In this document: piece by piece, positions 52,655 to 64,000 of the stretch
How positions within the stretch are numbered: position 1 is the first letter of the stretch
How the letters are laid out: each line of letters begins with the position of its first letter
Assembly: GCA_964016885.1 (NCBI GenBank)
Contig: OZ024755.1
Coordinates: 22,816,001-22,880,000 of the forward strand
DNA: 64,000 bases
Source: Eledone cirrhosa
Lineage: Eukaryota
Direction of reading: 5' to 3'
Made by a program: the position numbers and the translations under genes
The notes under the pieces: generated by a model
The model's input: the letters and a program-made list of their open reading frames with translations, nothing else
The model's database searches: none
What the model was told of the DNA's origin: nothing

Positions 52655-54544
52655 TTTCCATGTTGTAAGAAAACTTCATCCTTTTTCTCCTAAAAATACT
52701 GGTTTCTGCCTATAGTTACCAATATTATCCAACAAAGGATGATTACATGATTATTTGTTCAACCAGAAGTAATTGCTAAATTTCTCTTTAAATCTGAACC
52801 TACCATTTAAAAAGGCAGGACATATTGGATAATATGATCCTAGATACACTATGAATGTATGAGAGATGGCAAGAGTAAAGCTAGGATTTCTTTGGTCATA
52901 GGTCTGCCAGATCAGAGCTGACCTGAGGCTAAACAAGAACAGCAACCAGCATTATCTATCTTCAGAATGTTGCATGATTCTTTTCACTTAGATGCACAGG
53001 AAACTTCTTAACCACACAGCCATTAATAAAATAACCATCATTTTCATTCTTAACTTTAAATATATTGTAATAATTCAGCATAAAATATGTAAAGAATGGG
53101 GTTGTTAATTCAAATGTTTATAGTATCTTTACTAGCAGACAGATTGTTCAGAAAACTTATAGTATTAGAGTAAGGATTTTGATTAGTGATGTTATGCAGA
53201 CATAGTGCTATTTTTGTAGTTTTCAAGAATGTTGTACTAATGTCGTTTGATGCAGTACAGAATGTTAAGAGTTAATCTAGTGTTTGGTATATAACTTAAC
53301 CAAATGTTTTATGATGGAAGGTTTCAATTTAAATATAAATACTTTAAAAAGAACAGCTTGTTTAAGAAAAGCAGAGGCAATCTGAGTCAGATAAGTAAAA
53401 AATGGGTTAAAGTTATATTTGTGTTTAACACTAGCTCTATAGAGAAGATAAAATACAACATAATAAGCTGCAGCACTTATGAAATTACATGTTATTTTAT
53501 AAAACCTATTTTTGATGTTAAATATACAAATATACAAGAAGAATCCATGCACACACAAAGATAGACATTTACACATATATTCTGCTCCTCTGAGTTGTGG
53601 GTGATGGTACCTAGGTTTGTGGCCAAATGTGATAAAGTCGGCAACGGAGAAAGTGTTGTAACAAGGAGTACCCAAAATAAATTATTTACCCGGCTCTATT
53701 TAAACAGGAAAAGGGTTAACCATTAGCATATCAATCTTTTTTTTTAATTTTTCCATCTTTTTTCCATTTTCTCTTTCTTTCTGTCAATTTTGTAAATTGT
53801 ATTCCTAATGGCTCCTCAATCATTAGGTATTGGGTTTGATTACATTAAATATCATCTTGGATAAACCTCATCTATCATAGCCTCGGGTTGACCCATTCCT
53901 TGTGAATGAAAGTGGGTAGATGGAAACTGTTTGGAAACCTGTCAGATGTTACTGTACTTGTTGTTCAAAGTCACACACTGTATCAAGCTAAATCTTTCTG
54001 GAAATTATTTAAAAGATATACATGTTTGTGGAATGCTCAGCCACTTACATGTTAATTTCATGAGCAGGCAGTTCAATTGATTGAACAACTGGAATGCTCG
54101 TCATCAAAACCATCTAATGTCTAAAAAGTTTAAAGTCTGTTTTGTGACCGGAGGCTCATCAAGCTGGTACTTATCCTGATTTTCATGGTGTTAAGCAATT
54201 GAAAGTACAATACTCCTCTCTGGACAGGGTGCCAGTCCATCACAGAGTTAAAACCCCAGCTACTGCTGGTACTTCTGTTCAGCTGAGTATATTGGAACAA
54301 TGTAAAATGAAATATTTTGCACAAAAACACAACACACAACCCAGTTCAGGAATCGAACCCATGACATTATGATTATAAGTACAACACCCTTACCACTAGG
54401 TCACGTGCCTCCATCCTACTCTTAACATATTGTTCAATGAGATCGGTTTTGTTTGAGACTAGATAAGCAGATTTTGCATCTAAAAGTGTATTTAATAAAA
54501 ATATTTTCAAGGTCTTAAGAATTAGAAATCATCATTCATCATCA

Positions 54545-54864
54545 TCATTTCATTTTACGTCCGCTTTTTCCCTTCTAGCAAGGGTGGGACGGGAACTGAT
54601 TCTGGCTTGATTTCTACAGCTGGATGCTCTTCCTAACACCAACCTCGTTTACAGTGAGTGCTGGGTGCTTTTTTGCTGTGGCACCTCCACGACCACTTTG
54701 CAGTGGAATGATATGGACACCAGTCCCTATCATCTCATTTCTACAGCTGAGTAAACTGGGGCAATGTGAAATAAAGGAAACAACACATCACCCGGTTTGA
54801 GAATTGAACTCACAACCTTTCGGTTGCAAGGCCAATGCTCTAACCACTAAGCCATGTGCCTCCA
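54545..54864 (-). mobile_element. CORE-like SINE with RTE-derived 3' tail
   Basis: SINE-B head and core fused to the RTE 3' UTR (GGAAGGGCATCCAGCTGTAGAAA-type..TGA tail); also at 50820-51150(-) and 16113-16427(+). Confidence 0.8.
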
Positions 54865-55076
54865 TGTGCCAAAATAAAACCAATAATTCCAAGGACAATA
54901 GACGGCAGAATTGGTGTAGCATTGGATGAGCCATCTTGTGGTATAAGGTTAAGTCTCTTGACATTTTGAGTTTAAATACTGCTCAGCTCAATTTTCCCCC
55001 TTTCAAGGTTGGTAAAATAAATAAGTATCAATCAAGTTCTGGAGGATCTATATAAATTAACCCTTTCGTTCCCATA

Positions 55077-55272
55077 CAAGGTCAACTGAAAAGTCCATAG
55101 GTTGATTATGAAGGAGTGATGCTAGAACTGTGAAATCTGGCATGCATTAATTTCAACTCTTCTTGTTAATAACTGTATTGTTTTTTTCAAGGGACTATGT
55201 TGAAAAATAAACTTCATTATGTCATTTCATGAGAGTATCTTGGTCAGCCTATGAACTCTTCAGCTGACTCTG
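55077..55272. mobile_element. Tc1/mariner-type MITE with TA TSD
   Basis: TA-CAAGGTCAACTGAAAAGTCCATAGG...CCTATGAACTCTTCAGCTGACTCTG-TA; related pieces at 51925-52127, 49953-50005 and near 26935. Confidence 0.75.
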
Positions 55273-56937
55273 TATATTCAATGAGATACACTGCCTATGT
55301 GTTTCAAATAACTTTGAAAATGATCACAGTTTTAGAAGGATTTAGTAAATTAACTAACTCATCCATTAGTAAATAGGAATTTGAAACCTGCCTTAACAAA
55401 GATTATTGCATGAAGTTATAATGGAAAGTTTTAAAATAATTATAAACACTTTAAAGCAAATAGTTTTGTATCATAGAATCACAGGCAGTTTCAGGTGGTT
55501 TTGGCATCAAAAGGGTTGAAGACAGGAAAAGAATAAAATCAAAGAAAGAATAAAACAATATCAAATGAAAAAGAATGAAGAGAGTTAAATGAAATAATAT
55601 ATAATATAAAATATGTTTATATAGACTTATCTGCAGATGAAAATTACAAAGTTGGCAAGGAATTTGATTTATATCATACCTGGAAAAGAAAAAAAGATAA
55701 TAAATAAATGACAAATGTCAATGAGAGAGAGATTTATTTCAAATCTAAGATTTATACAATTTTCAATTGGTGTTTAAATTTGTTTGTTTACTTTTAGCCT
55801 TTTTTAAATATTTATTTTAAAAATAAAATTTCTTTTTACATTGTTTATATTTTTGATTTCTTTTTTTAGCCTTTTTAATATTATATTGTTTTTATTTATT
55901 TTAAAACAAAATTTATTTTTACATTTTATTATGTGTAGTGTTTAGAAGTTGTTTAAAAAAATTGGAGACAGCAAGTGAGAGAGAGAGAGAGATAAGTGGC
56001 ATGATAAAGAATATTTTGACTTCAATCAGAGAAGCAACAGCATACTCGACACTCGGATAACAGGTATCAAGTAGCAGAATCAATATACAAGAGGACTTTT
56101 ACTTCACTAGAACACATTAAACATAAAACTCAATCAAAAATAGTGAAATCTTTTGTTGAATCTTTAGGAAAAAAACCACGTTCTTCTCTGTTAATTAAAA
56201 CGTCATATTCTCACCCTAAATCCTCAAGAACAACACAAAAAATATAAATAAATAAAAAAATACAACTCATAAATAGAACTCTGAAAACAAACAAACAAAA
56301 TTCGATTTCAATTGAAATATGCAACAAAAGATAATTGAACATATAGAATTTGAAAATAAATAAATAAATATGAGAAATACGGAAATAAATAAAATATTTT
56401 CAAAAAAATACTGGAAATATGGAAAACGGAAACAGGAAAAACTCAATAACAACAACAACAACAATAATAATAATGATAATAATAATGCTTTCAAAGAACT
56501 TCTATGAATCTTAATCCTTGTAAAAGGAACCAAAACGAAATGCCAACAAAGATGTTTTCTAATATGACTCAATGTTTATTCAACAAATCCTTATAGCAGA
56601 AATTATAAATATCAACAACCACTGCAGCCAATGTTGGCACCAACATTGTAAGAACAACAGCAGCAATATCAACAACAATAATAATCATAAGTAGCAGCAG
56701 CAACAACGGCAGACAATTAAATATATTTGGCTTAGATTGTGAAATAAAGGAAGGAGTGAAAAATGGTATGGCAGGTGTATTTTTTAAATCTTAGTTGTAA
56801 TCTGCTTGGAGAATAAGACATTTGCCAAACTGCTTCATTAATACACACACACACACACACCTAGCTACTTACCTACCTACCTACCTACCTACCTACCTAC
56901 CTATCTACCTACCTACCTACCTGCCTGCATACATACA

Positions 56938-56973
<36 letters not shown>

Positions 56974-56976
56974 TAT

Positions 56977-59900
56977 AACCCCATCGCCCCCCGCCCCTCA
57001 CCGCCCCCAACCCCCAAACGCAATCCAAAACTTCAGAGTTGGTACCATAAATGTAGGCACCCTAAAGGGTCGCGCTAACGAGGTTGTAGAAATGCTTGAA
57101 CGTAAGGAGGTCGATGTTTGTTGTATTCAAGAGACCAGGTGGAGGGGTGGGTCTGCTAGGTTCATTGAGGGTAAAAAACGTTGTTATAAGCTTTTCTGGG
57201 TGGGAAACGACGATGGGCTGGGTGGAGTAGGAATCATGGTAGCAGAAAAGTGGGCAGATAAGATAATAGACGTAAATAGAGTGAACGACAGAATAATTAA
57301 AATACGACTTGTCCTCAATAGAACTACGGTGACAGTAATATCTGCGTACGCACCCCAATCCGGACTGCCCGGCACTATAAAAGACAGATTCTATGAGACA
57401 CTGATGCTAACTACCTCCCAAATATCCGACAGTGACTATATAATTATCGCAGGCGACCTAAATGGTCACGTTGGACAACATTGTGACGGCTACGACGAAA
57501 TCCATGGAGGCTATGGGTTTGGTACTAGAAATGAGGAAGGCTCCAGAATCCTGGAATTCTGTGATGCAAATAACCTAACTATCTGTAACACTAACTTCAA
57601 AAAACGTGACAATCACCTGATCACCTATAGATCCGGGGAACACACAAGCCAGGTAGATTATATCCTTACCAGAAGACGTGACAGAGTGTCTGTTGTTAAC
57701 ACTAAATCCCTCCCCCATGAAGAATGCACCTCCCAACATAGACTGATAATTAGCGACCTCATAGTCAGGACGAGACGTACTCGACAACAGAAGAGGACTA
57801 TCCTCAGGAGGAAAATATGGAAGCTAAAGGACCCCACAGCCAGGAATAAATTTCAAAGCATATTACTTGATGCTTTCGACAGTAAGGAAGAACATTTAGA
57901 GTCGGACAATATAGAGGGACAGTGGGAATTTCTGAAAGCAAACCTGCTGTTGGCGACAGACGAGGTCTGTGGCTGGAGCAGGCCTGTAGGCAGGAGGAGA
58001 GTAACATGGTGGTGGAACAGTAAGGTGGAGGGGTCAATTAAGGCCAAAAAGCAGGCTTGGAAAGTATGGCGGGACGGGGGAAGTAGAGAGGACTATCAAG
58101 TGGCCAGGAGGGAAGCTAGGAGACAAGTGTACTTAGCAAGAAGGGAAGCTGAGGAAAGAAAGTTCAAGCATGTTCTACAACGCGATGACCAAAAACGTGA
58201 GGTGTTCAGGATTGCTAGGCAATGCGTCAAGGAAAACCGTGATATTGTCGGGGAGAAGTGTGTACTAAACGACGATGGCACACTTGCCATCACCGACGCT
58301 GATAAGAAGGTAGCTTGGAAGTGTCACTATGAAAGGCTTCTAAATGAGGAGAATAATTGGGAGAAAGGCAGTCTCCCCCATATCGACCCAATAGAGGGAC
58401 CAGCAGTGTTAGTCGAGGGAAGTATAATAAGTAAGGCAATCAAGGATATGAAGACTGGTAAGGCGGCTGGGCCTTCGGAAATAGTTGCTGAGATGCTGAA
58501 GGCATCTGGCACGGTGGGACACACCATGGTCACCCGCATAGTTAACCAAGTCGTACAGAACGGGGTTGTTCCGAAGGACTGGCATAGCAGCATCATCGTT
58601 AACTGTTATAAGGGTAAAGGAGACGCCCTAGATAGGAGTAACTATAGAGGCATTAAATTAATCGACCAGGTCATGAAGGTCACGGAAAGAGTAATAGCGC
58701 AACTAATCAGAGAGAGAATTGACCTAGATGAAATGCAGTTCGGGTTTGTGTCAGGCAAAAGTACCACAGACGCTCTTTTCATAGTACGACAACTACAGGA
58801 GAAGTACCTAGCTAAAGGTAAACCCCTCTACTTAGCTTTTGTCGACTTGGAGAAAGCCTTCGACAGAGTCCCCCGCTCCATTATCTGGTGGGCTCTTAGA
58901 AAACTAGGCGTTGACGAATGGCTTGTGAGGGCTATACAAGCCATGTATAAAGAAACAGTCAGCAAGGTTAGAATTAACAACGAATATAGTGAAGAGTTTA
59001 GCGTAAAAGTCGGCGTCCATCAGGGCTCTGTTCTCAGTCCACTACTATTTATTATTGCCCTTCAGGCTATAACAGAGGAGTTCAAGACAGGCTGCCCATG
59101 GGAACTCCTATACGCAGACGACCTGACACTCATAGCGGAATCAATGGCCGAGCTAGAGAAGAAATTCCAAACATGGAAGCACGGCCTAGAGTCAAAAGGA
59201 CTTAAAATTAACCTGGCTAAGACCAAAGTACTAGTTTGTAGGAAAGAAAACAAGGCGGCGGTCCCTTCTGGGAAATGGTCGTGCTCGGTGTGTAGGAAAG
59301 GCGTAGGTAGAAACTCCATTTTATGTCCTAAATGCAAAGTATGGGTGCATAAAAGATGTAGTGGGATCACAGGTAAGCTAACTAAGAACATAGATTTTAC
59401 ATGTGGCCGGTGCTCTGGTGCAATAAGTAGCAGCAAGTGCCCACAAACTACTAGCTCTTTCAATTGCGCAGAGGGTTCTATAGAAATAGTGGACAGCTTC
59501 CGTTACCTGGGCGATAAAATCAGCAGTGGGGGAGGGTGCTCTGAAAGTACTGTAGCTAGAGTCAGAACTGGTTGGAAAAAGTTCAGAGAGCTTATACCAC
59601 TATTAGCTGCTAAAGGGTTCTCACTAAAAATGAAAGGCAGGTTGTACGATGCCTGCATACGAACAGCAATGCTGCATGGCAGTGAGACCTGGGCATTGTG
59701 TGCAGAGGATATACGCAGACTAGAGAGGAACGAAGCTTGCATGCTCCGCTGGATGTGTAACAGTAATATACGTGAACGGCAAAGCATAAACGAACTAAGG
59801 AATAAATTAGAGATAAGAGGGATCAGATGTTGTTTACTCGAGAGAAGGCTACGTTGGTATGGACACGTGATGCGTATGAAAGTCGATAGCTGTATAACAA

Positions 59901-60067
59901 AGTGCAGGGCAATAAAGATAGACGGTAGTCACGGAATAGGCAGACCTAGAAAAACCTGGGACGAGCTGATAAACTCCGACATCACACACTTACACCTCTC
60001 CAAGACAATGTCACTGGACCGAGACCTTTGGCGGTACTCAGTAACAGAGAAGACCCGCCTTACCTAA
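56977..60067 (+). CDS. RTE polyprotein: endonuclease, reverse transcriptase, PHD-like finger (about 1030 aa, no ATG before the APE start)
   Basis: ORF track 56822-60067; the first ~52 codons are microsatellite and not part of the element. Confidence 0.85.
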
Positions 60068-60466
60068 ATATATAGTAAAACCTACTCCAGCCAGTAGGCA
60101 TCTCTAACAAAATACACCCCGTCCCACCACCCCCACCCCCACCCGATCCACACCACCCCGTTCTATGTAAAGTTATGTTGGTGCCGCGCCATCGAGGCCG
60201 AAACAAATGAGATCGTGTAGGTGTCACGACAAAAAAACACACAGTCCACGCTGTAATGTGGCCGTGTAGGCAACACGGTAAAAACCTCCCAGACCCACAC
60301 TGTAAATGTGGTTGGTGTTAGGAAGGGCATCCAACTGTAGAAAACCTGCCAGACAGTCCTATGCGAGCAAGACAATCACTCTTGCCTCAAGTGGGACTAC
60401 CCCCGTCCAAACCCATGCAAGCGTGGAACACGGACGTTAAACGTTGATGATGATGATGATGATGAT
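56977..60466 (+). mobile_element. RTE-clade LINE, near full-length, (TGA)n tail
   Basis: One open frame with APE (TINVGTL, IQETRW, AYAPQ, AGDLNGH, VDYIL, SQHR) and RT (NYRGIKL, QFGF, DLEKAFD, GVHQGSVLSP, YADD, FRYLG); 3' UTR ends in tgatgatga; (AT)n on both sides. Confidence 0.95.
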
Positions 60467-60947
60467 ATATATAGGGTAAAGACCATCTTTGGTCATGAAT
60501 GACCATGTGATTTGCACCAAGAAAGTCCAGCCCCCTCGAGGGCACAAGTCCAAGCAACGTTGTTTGTGGCAGACCAACAATCACCCATGCATACCAGTCT
60601 CTCCTCTCCATGCTCCCAATGTTGTTCAAGGGAACGGCAAAGGCCCGATCCAGGTTGGCACCAGTGACATCCCAACTCATTTCTACAGCTGAGTGAACTG
60701 GAGCAACGTGAAATAAAGTGTCTTGTTCAAGAGCACAATGCATAGCCTGCTCAAAGAATCAAACTCACAACCTCAGGATTGATGGATCCCCAAGCAAGAC
60801 CAGCCAAGCTCATGGATATTATCCAATCGAAATGCTGAGGGTCTACCCCTGGGTCTCCTACCTGTTGGTTTTGTCCATAAAATTTGTTCAGCGATTCTTT
60901 CCTAAGACATTCTAACCACATGCACATACTATCCAAATTGATATATA

Positions 60948-60948
60948 T

Positions 60949-60988
<40 letters not shown>

Positions 60989-61421
60989 GGTTTAGCGTCC
61001 GTGTTCCACGCTTGCATGGGTTTGGACGGGGGGTTTTCCCACTTGAGGCAAGAGTGGTTGTCTTGCTCGCATAGGACTGTCTGGCGGGTTTTCTACAGTT
61101 GGATGCCCTTCCTAACACCAACCACATTTACAGTGTGGGGCTGGGAGGTTTTTACCGTGTTGCCTACACGGCCACATTACAGCGTGGACTGTCTGGCGGG
61201 TTTTCTACAGTTGGATGCCCTTCCTAACACCAACCACATTTACAGTGTGGGGCTGGGAGGTTTTTACCGTGTTGCCTACACGGCCACATTACAGCGTGGA
61301 CTGTCTGGCGGGTTTTCTACAGCTGGATTCCCTTCCTAACACCAACCACATTTACAGTGTGGGGCTGGGAGGTTTTTACCGTGTTGCCTACACGGCCACA
61401 TTTACAGCGTGGACTGTGTGT
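60948..61421 (-). mobile_element. RTE 3' UTR with an internal 3 x 112-bp tandem triplication
   Basis: Units start at GGACTGT 61074, 61186 and 61298; (CAT)n tail on the left. Confidence 0.85.
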
Positions 61422-61422
61422 T

Positions 61423-61758
61423 AATAATAATAATAATGAAATTATTGTGTAAAGTGCTCAGGTGCACTACAACTCGTCAAAGGTGTATGTATAGTACATA
61501 GAATAATACACAAATGTCAGGGAAGTACATGTGTGTATGTGTTAGCTGTAGTGTTGGCGGATCTCGGGAAGCATGGAGGCCTTAAAGGATGCAGTGTCTC
61601 GACAGCTAACAACTGATGCAGGTAGTTTGTTCCATGCTTCAGCAACTCTGAGCGTGAAAAAATGTTTCCGAAAGTCATGGGAACTGTGCTGTTTTCTTAC
61701 TTTGTGGGCATGTCCACGTGTGTTAGACACATGGAAATCAAAAAAGTACTCAGGGTTG
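61423..61758 (-). mobile_element. CR1-clade LINE 3' fragment
   Basis: NTRGHAHKVRK..FRKHFFTLRVAEAWNKLPASVV C-terminal motif, short 3' UTR and (ATT)n tail. Confidence 0.85.
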
Positions 61759-61851
61759 TATATATATATATATAACAAAGAGGGTGTAGTAAGATACCAG
61801 GTGGACCATAATGCACCAGAGTACTTGACACTTAGGGTAGTAGAGTGGGTA

Positions 61852-61962
61852 ATAGGAAAAGAGTCAGGACCCCGACGTCAGAGCTCCGGCCATTTCGACA
61901 GCTAGATCTGACAGCTGTCGAATGACCGGAGCTCAGCCGTCGGTGTCTTGACTCTTTTCCTA

Positions 61963-61963
<1 letters not shown>
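61852..61963. repeat. Short foldback palindrome, same family as 63923-64000
   Basis: ATAGGAAAAGAGTCAGGACCCCGAC...GTCGGTGTCTTGACTCTTTTCCTAT. Confidence 0.85.
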
Positions 61964-62030
<67 letters not shown>

Positions 62031-62083
62031 CATCATCATCATCATCATTTTATGTCAGCTTTTCCCTGCATGCAAGAGTACAC

Positions 62084-62159
<76 letters not shown>

Positions 62160-62239
62160 GCATATATATATGTATATATATATGTATATATATGTATATA
62201 TATATGTATATATACATACATGTATATATATATACATAC

Positions 62240-62279
<40 letters not shown>

Positions 62280-62439
62280 GCATATATATATGTATATATA
62301 TATGTGTATATATATATATATATATATACACATGCATATATATATGTATATATATATGTGTATATATATATATACACATGCATATATATATGTATATATA
62401 TATGTGTATATATATATATATACACATGCATATATATAT

Positions 62440-62509
62440 GTATATATGTGTATATATATATATATGTATTATATATATACATACATGTATATATATATAT
62501 ACATACATG

Positions 62510-62572
<63 letters not shown>

Positions 62573-62602
62573 CATACATGTATATATATATATACATACA
62601 TG

Positions 62603-62690
<88 letters not shown>

Positions 62691-63432
62691 CACATATATA
62701 TATGAGAGAGAGAGTCTGTATGCATGTATGTATGTATCTATATTTTTATTTTCATTTTAGTGCTCTGTGTGTATGTGTATGTGTATGTGTGTGTGTATGT
62801 GTATGTATGCGTGTGTGTGTATATGCAGAAGAGTCTGTATGTTTGAAGTTTCGTAAGTTAATTTTTGAGGGTGGCATGCAATGGGTGGTGGTTAAAAAGA
62901 AACATCTAAGAGAGATTTGGTGGTGTGGTGAGGTGGGATATTTTGCACAAATAATTAATTGAATAAAAAAAATAAAAAATAAAATAATTGGAATTTAAGA
63001 TAGAAAACAAGATACATATATATATATATGTATATATACATATGTCTGCATATATATATATGCATGTATGTATGTATTTATATATATGCATGTATGTGTA
63101 TATGTCTGTATTTATATATATGCATGTATGTATGTATTTATCTATATATGCATGTATGTGTATATATACACATACATGCATATATATAAATACAGACATA
63201 TGTATATATACATATATATAAATGTATTTTGTTTTCTATCTTAAATTCCAATTATTTTATTTTTTATTTTTTTTATTCAATTAATTATTTGTGCAAAATA
63301 TCCCACCTCACCACACCACCAAATCTCTCTTAGTTGTTTCTTTTTAACCACCACCCACTGCATGCCACCCTCAAAAATTAACTTACGAAACTTCAAACAT
63401 ACAGACTCTTCTGCATATACACACACACACAT

Positions 63433-63463
<31 letters not shown>

Positions 63464-63556
63464 TACACATACACACACACAGAGCACTAAAATGAAAATA
63501 AAAATATAGATACATACATACATGCATACAGACTCTCTCTCTCATATATATATGTG

Positions 63557-63615
<59 letters not shown>

Positions 63616-63739
63616 ATATATATAATACATATATATATATATACAGATATATACATATATATATGCATGTGTATAAACTTCAAACATACAGACTCTTTTG
63701 CATATACACACACACATACACACAGACACACACATATAT

Positions 63740-63803
<64 letters not shown>

Positions 63804-63905
63804 ACACACATACACATACACACAGAGCACTAAAATGAAAATAAAAATATAGATACATACATGCATACAGACATATACTCTCTCTCTCATATATATATGT
63901 GTATA
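62440..63905. repeat. Inverted duplication within an (AT)n/(AC)n microsatellite field
   Basis: Unique block 62700-63020 mirrored at 63220-63550, with a further partial copy at 63677-63905. Confidence 0.85.
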
Positions 63906-63922
63906 TATAGGAACCAGTAAGA

Positions 63923-64000
63923 CCCCGACAGCTGAGCTCAAGCCGTTTCGACGGCTAATTCGAATTAGCCGTCGAAACGGCTTGAGCTCAGCTGTCGGGG
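63923..64000. repeat. Perfect palindrome of at least 78 bp, cut by the window edge
   Basis: Centre AATTC|GAATT at 63961/63962; all positions pair. Confidence 0.95.

Noticed and set aside
61948-63941. Many YI/HT/CV-repeat ORFs
   Set aside because: Translations of (AT)n and (AC)n microsatellites
36824-64000. First coding exon of the tetraspanin (expected KYL.F.FN..FW-like)
   Set aside because: No convincing candidate found by eye (55630-55680 and 56213 examined); it may lie outside the window

Overview
AT-rich, microsatellite- and SINE-dense animal genomic DNA; the repeat families resemble those of octopod cephalopods (inference). Three spliced genes were reconstructed by hand: the first three coding exons of NUP160 (- strand, runs off the left edge), a complete 6-exon SNRPC/U1-C gene (+, 183 aa) head-to-head with NUP160 about 350 bp away, and six coding exons of a 4-cysteine CD9/CD81-like tetraspanin (-, 26009-36823; first coding exon not found). 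Mobile DNA includes a near full-length RTE LINE with an open APE-RT frame carrying a PHD-like finger (56977-60466), truncated RTE, Tx1/L1 and CR1 pieces, two tRNA-derived SINE families, piggyBac/hAT/mariner-type MITEs and a small Helitron-like element. The most notable signal is a set of sequence-unrelated minimal type I hammerhead ribozyme motifs (CUGANGA...GAAA, mostly with palindromic stem III). They sit mostly in inverted-repeat, Penelope-like pLTR remnants beside (AT)n tracts. Three short palindromes appear to be two ribozyme 3' halves folded back through stem II with the CUGANGA core missing. All identifications are by eye; no searches or folding programs were run.
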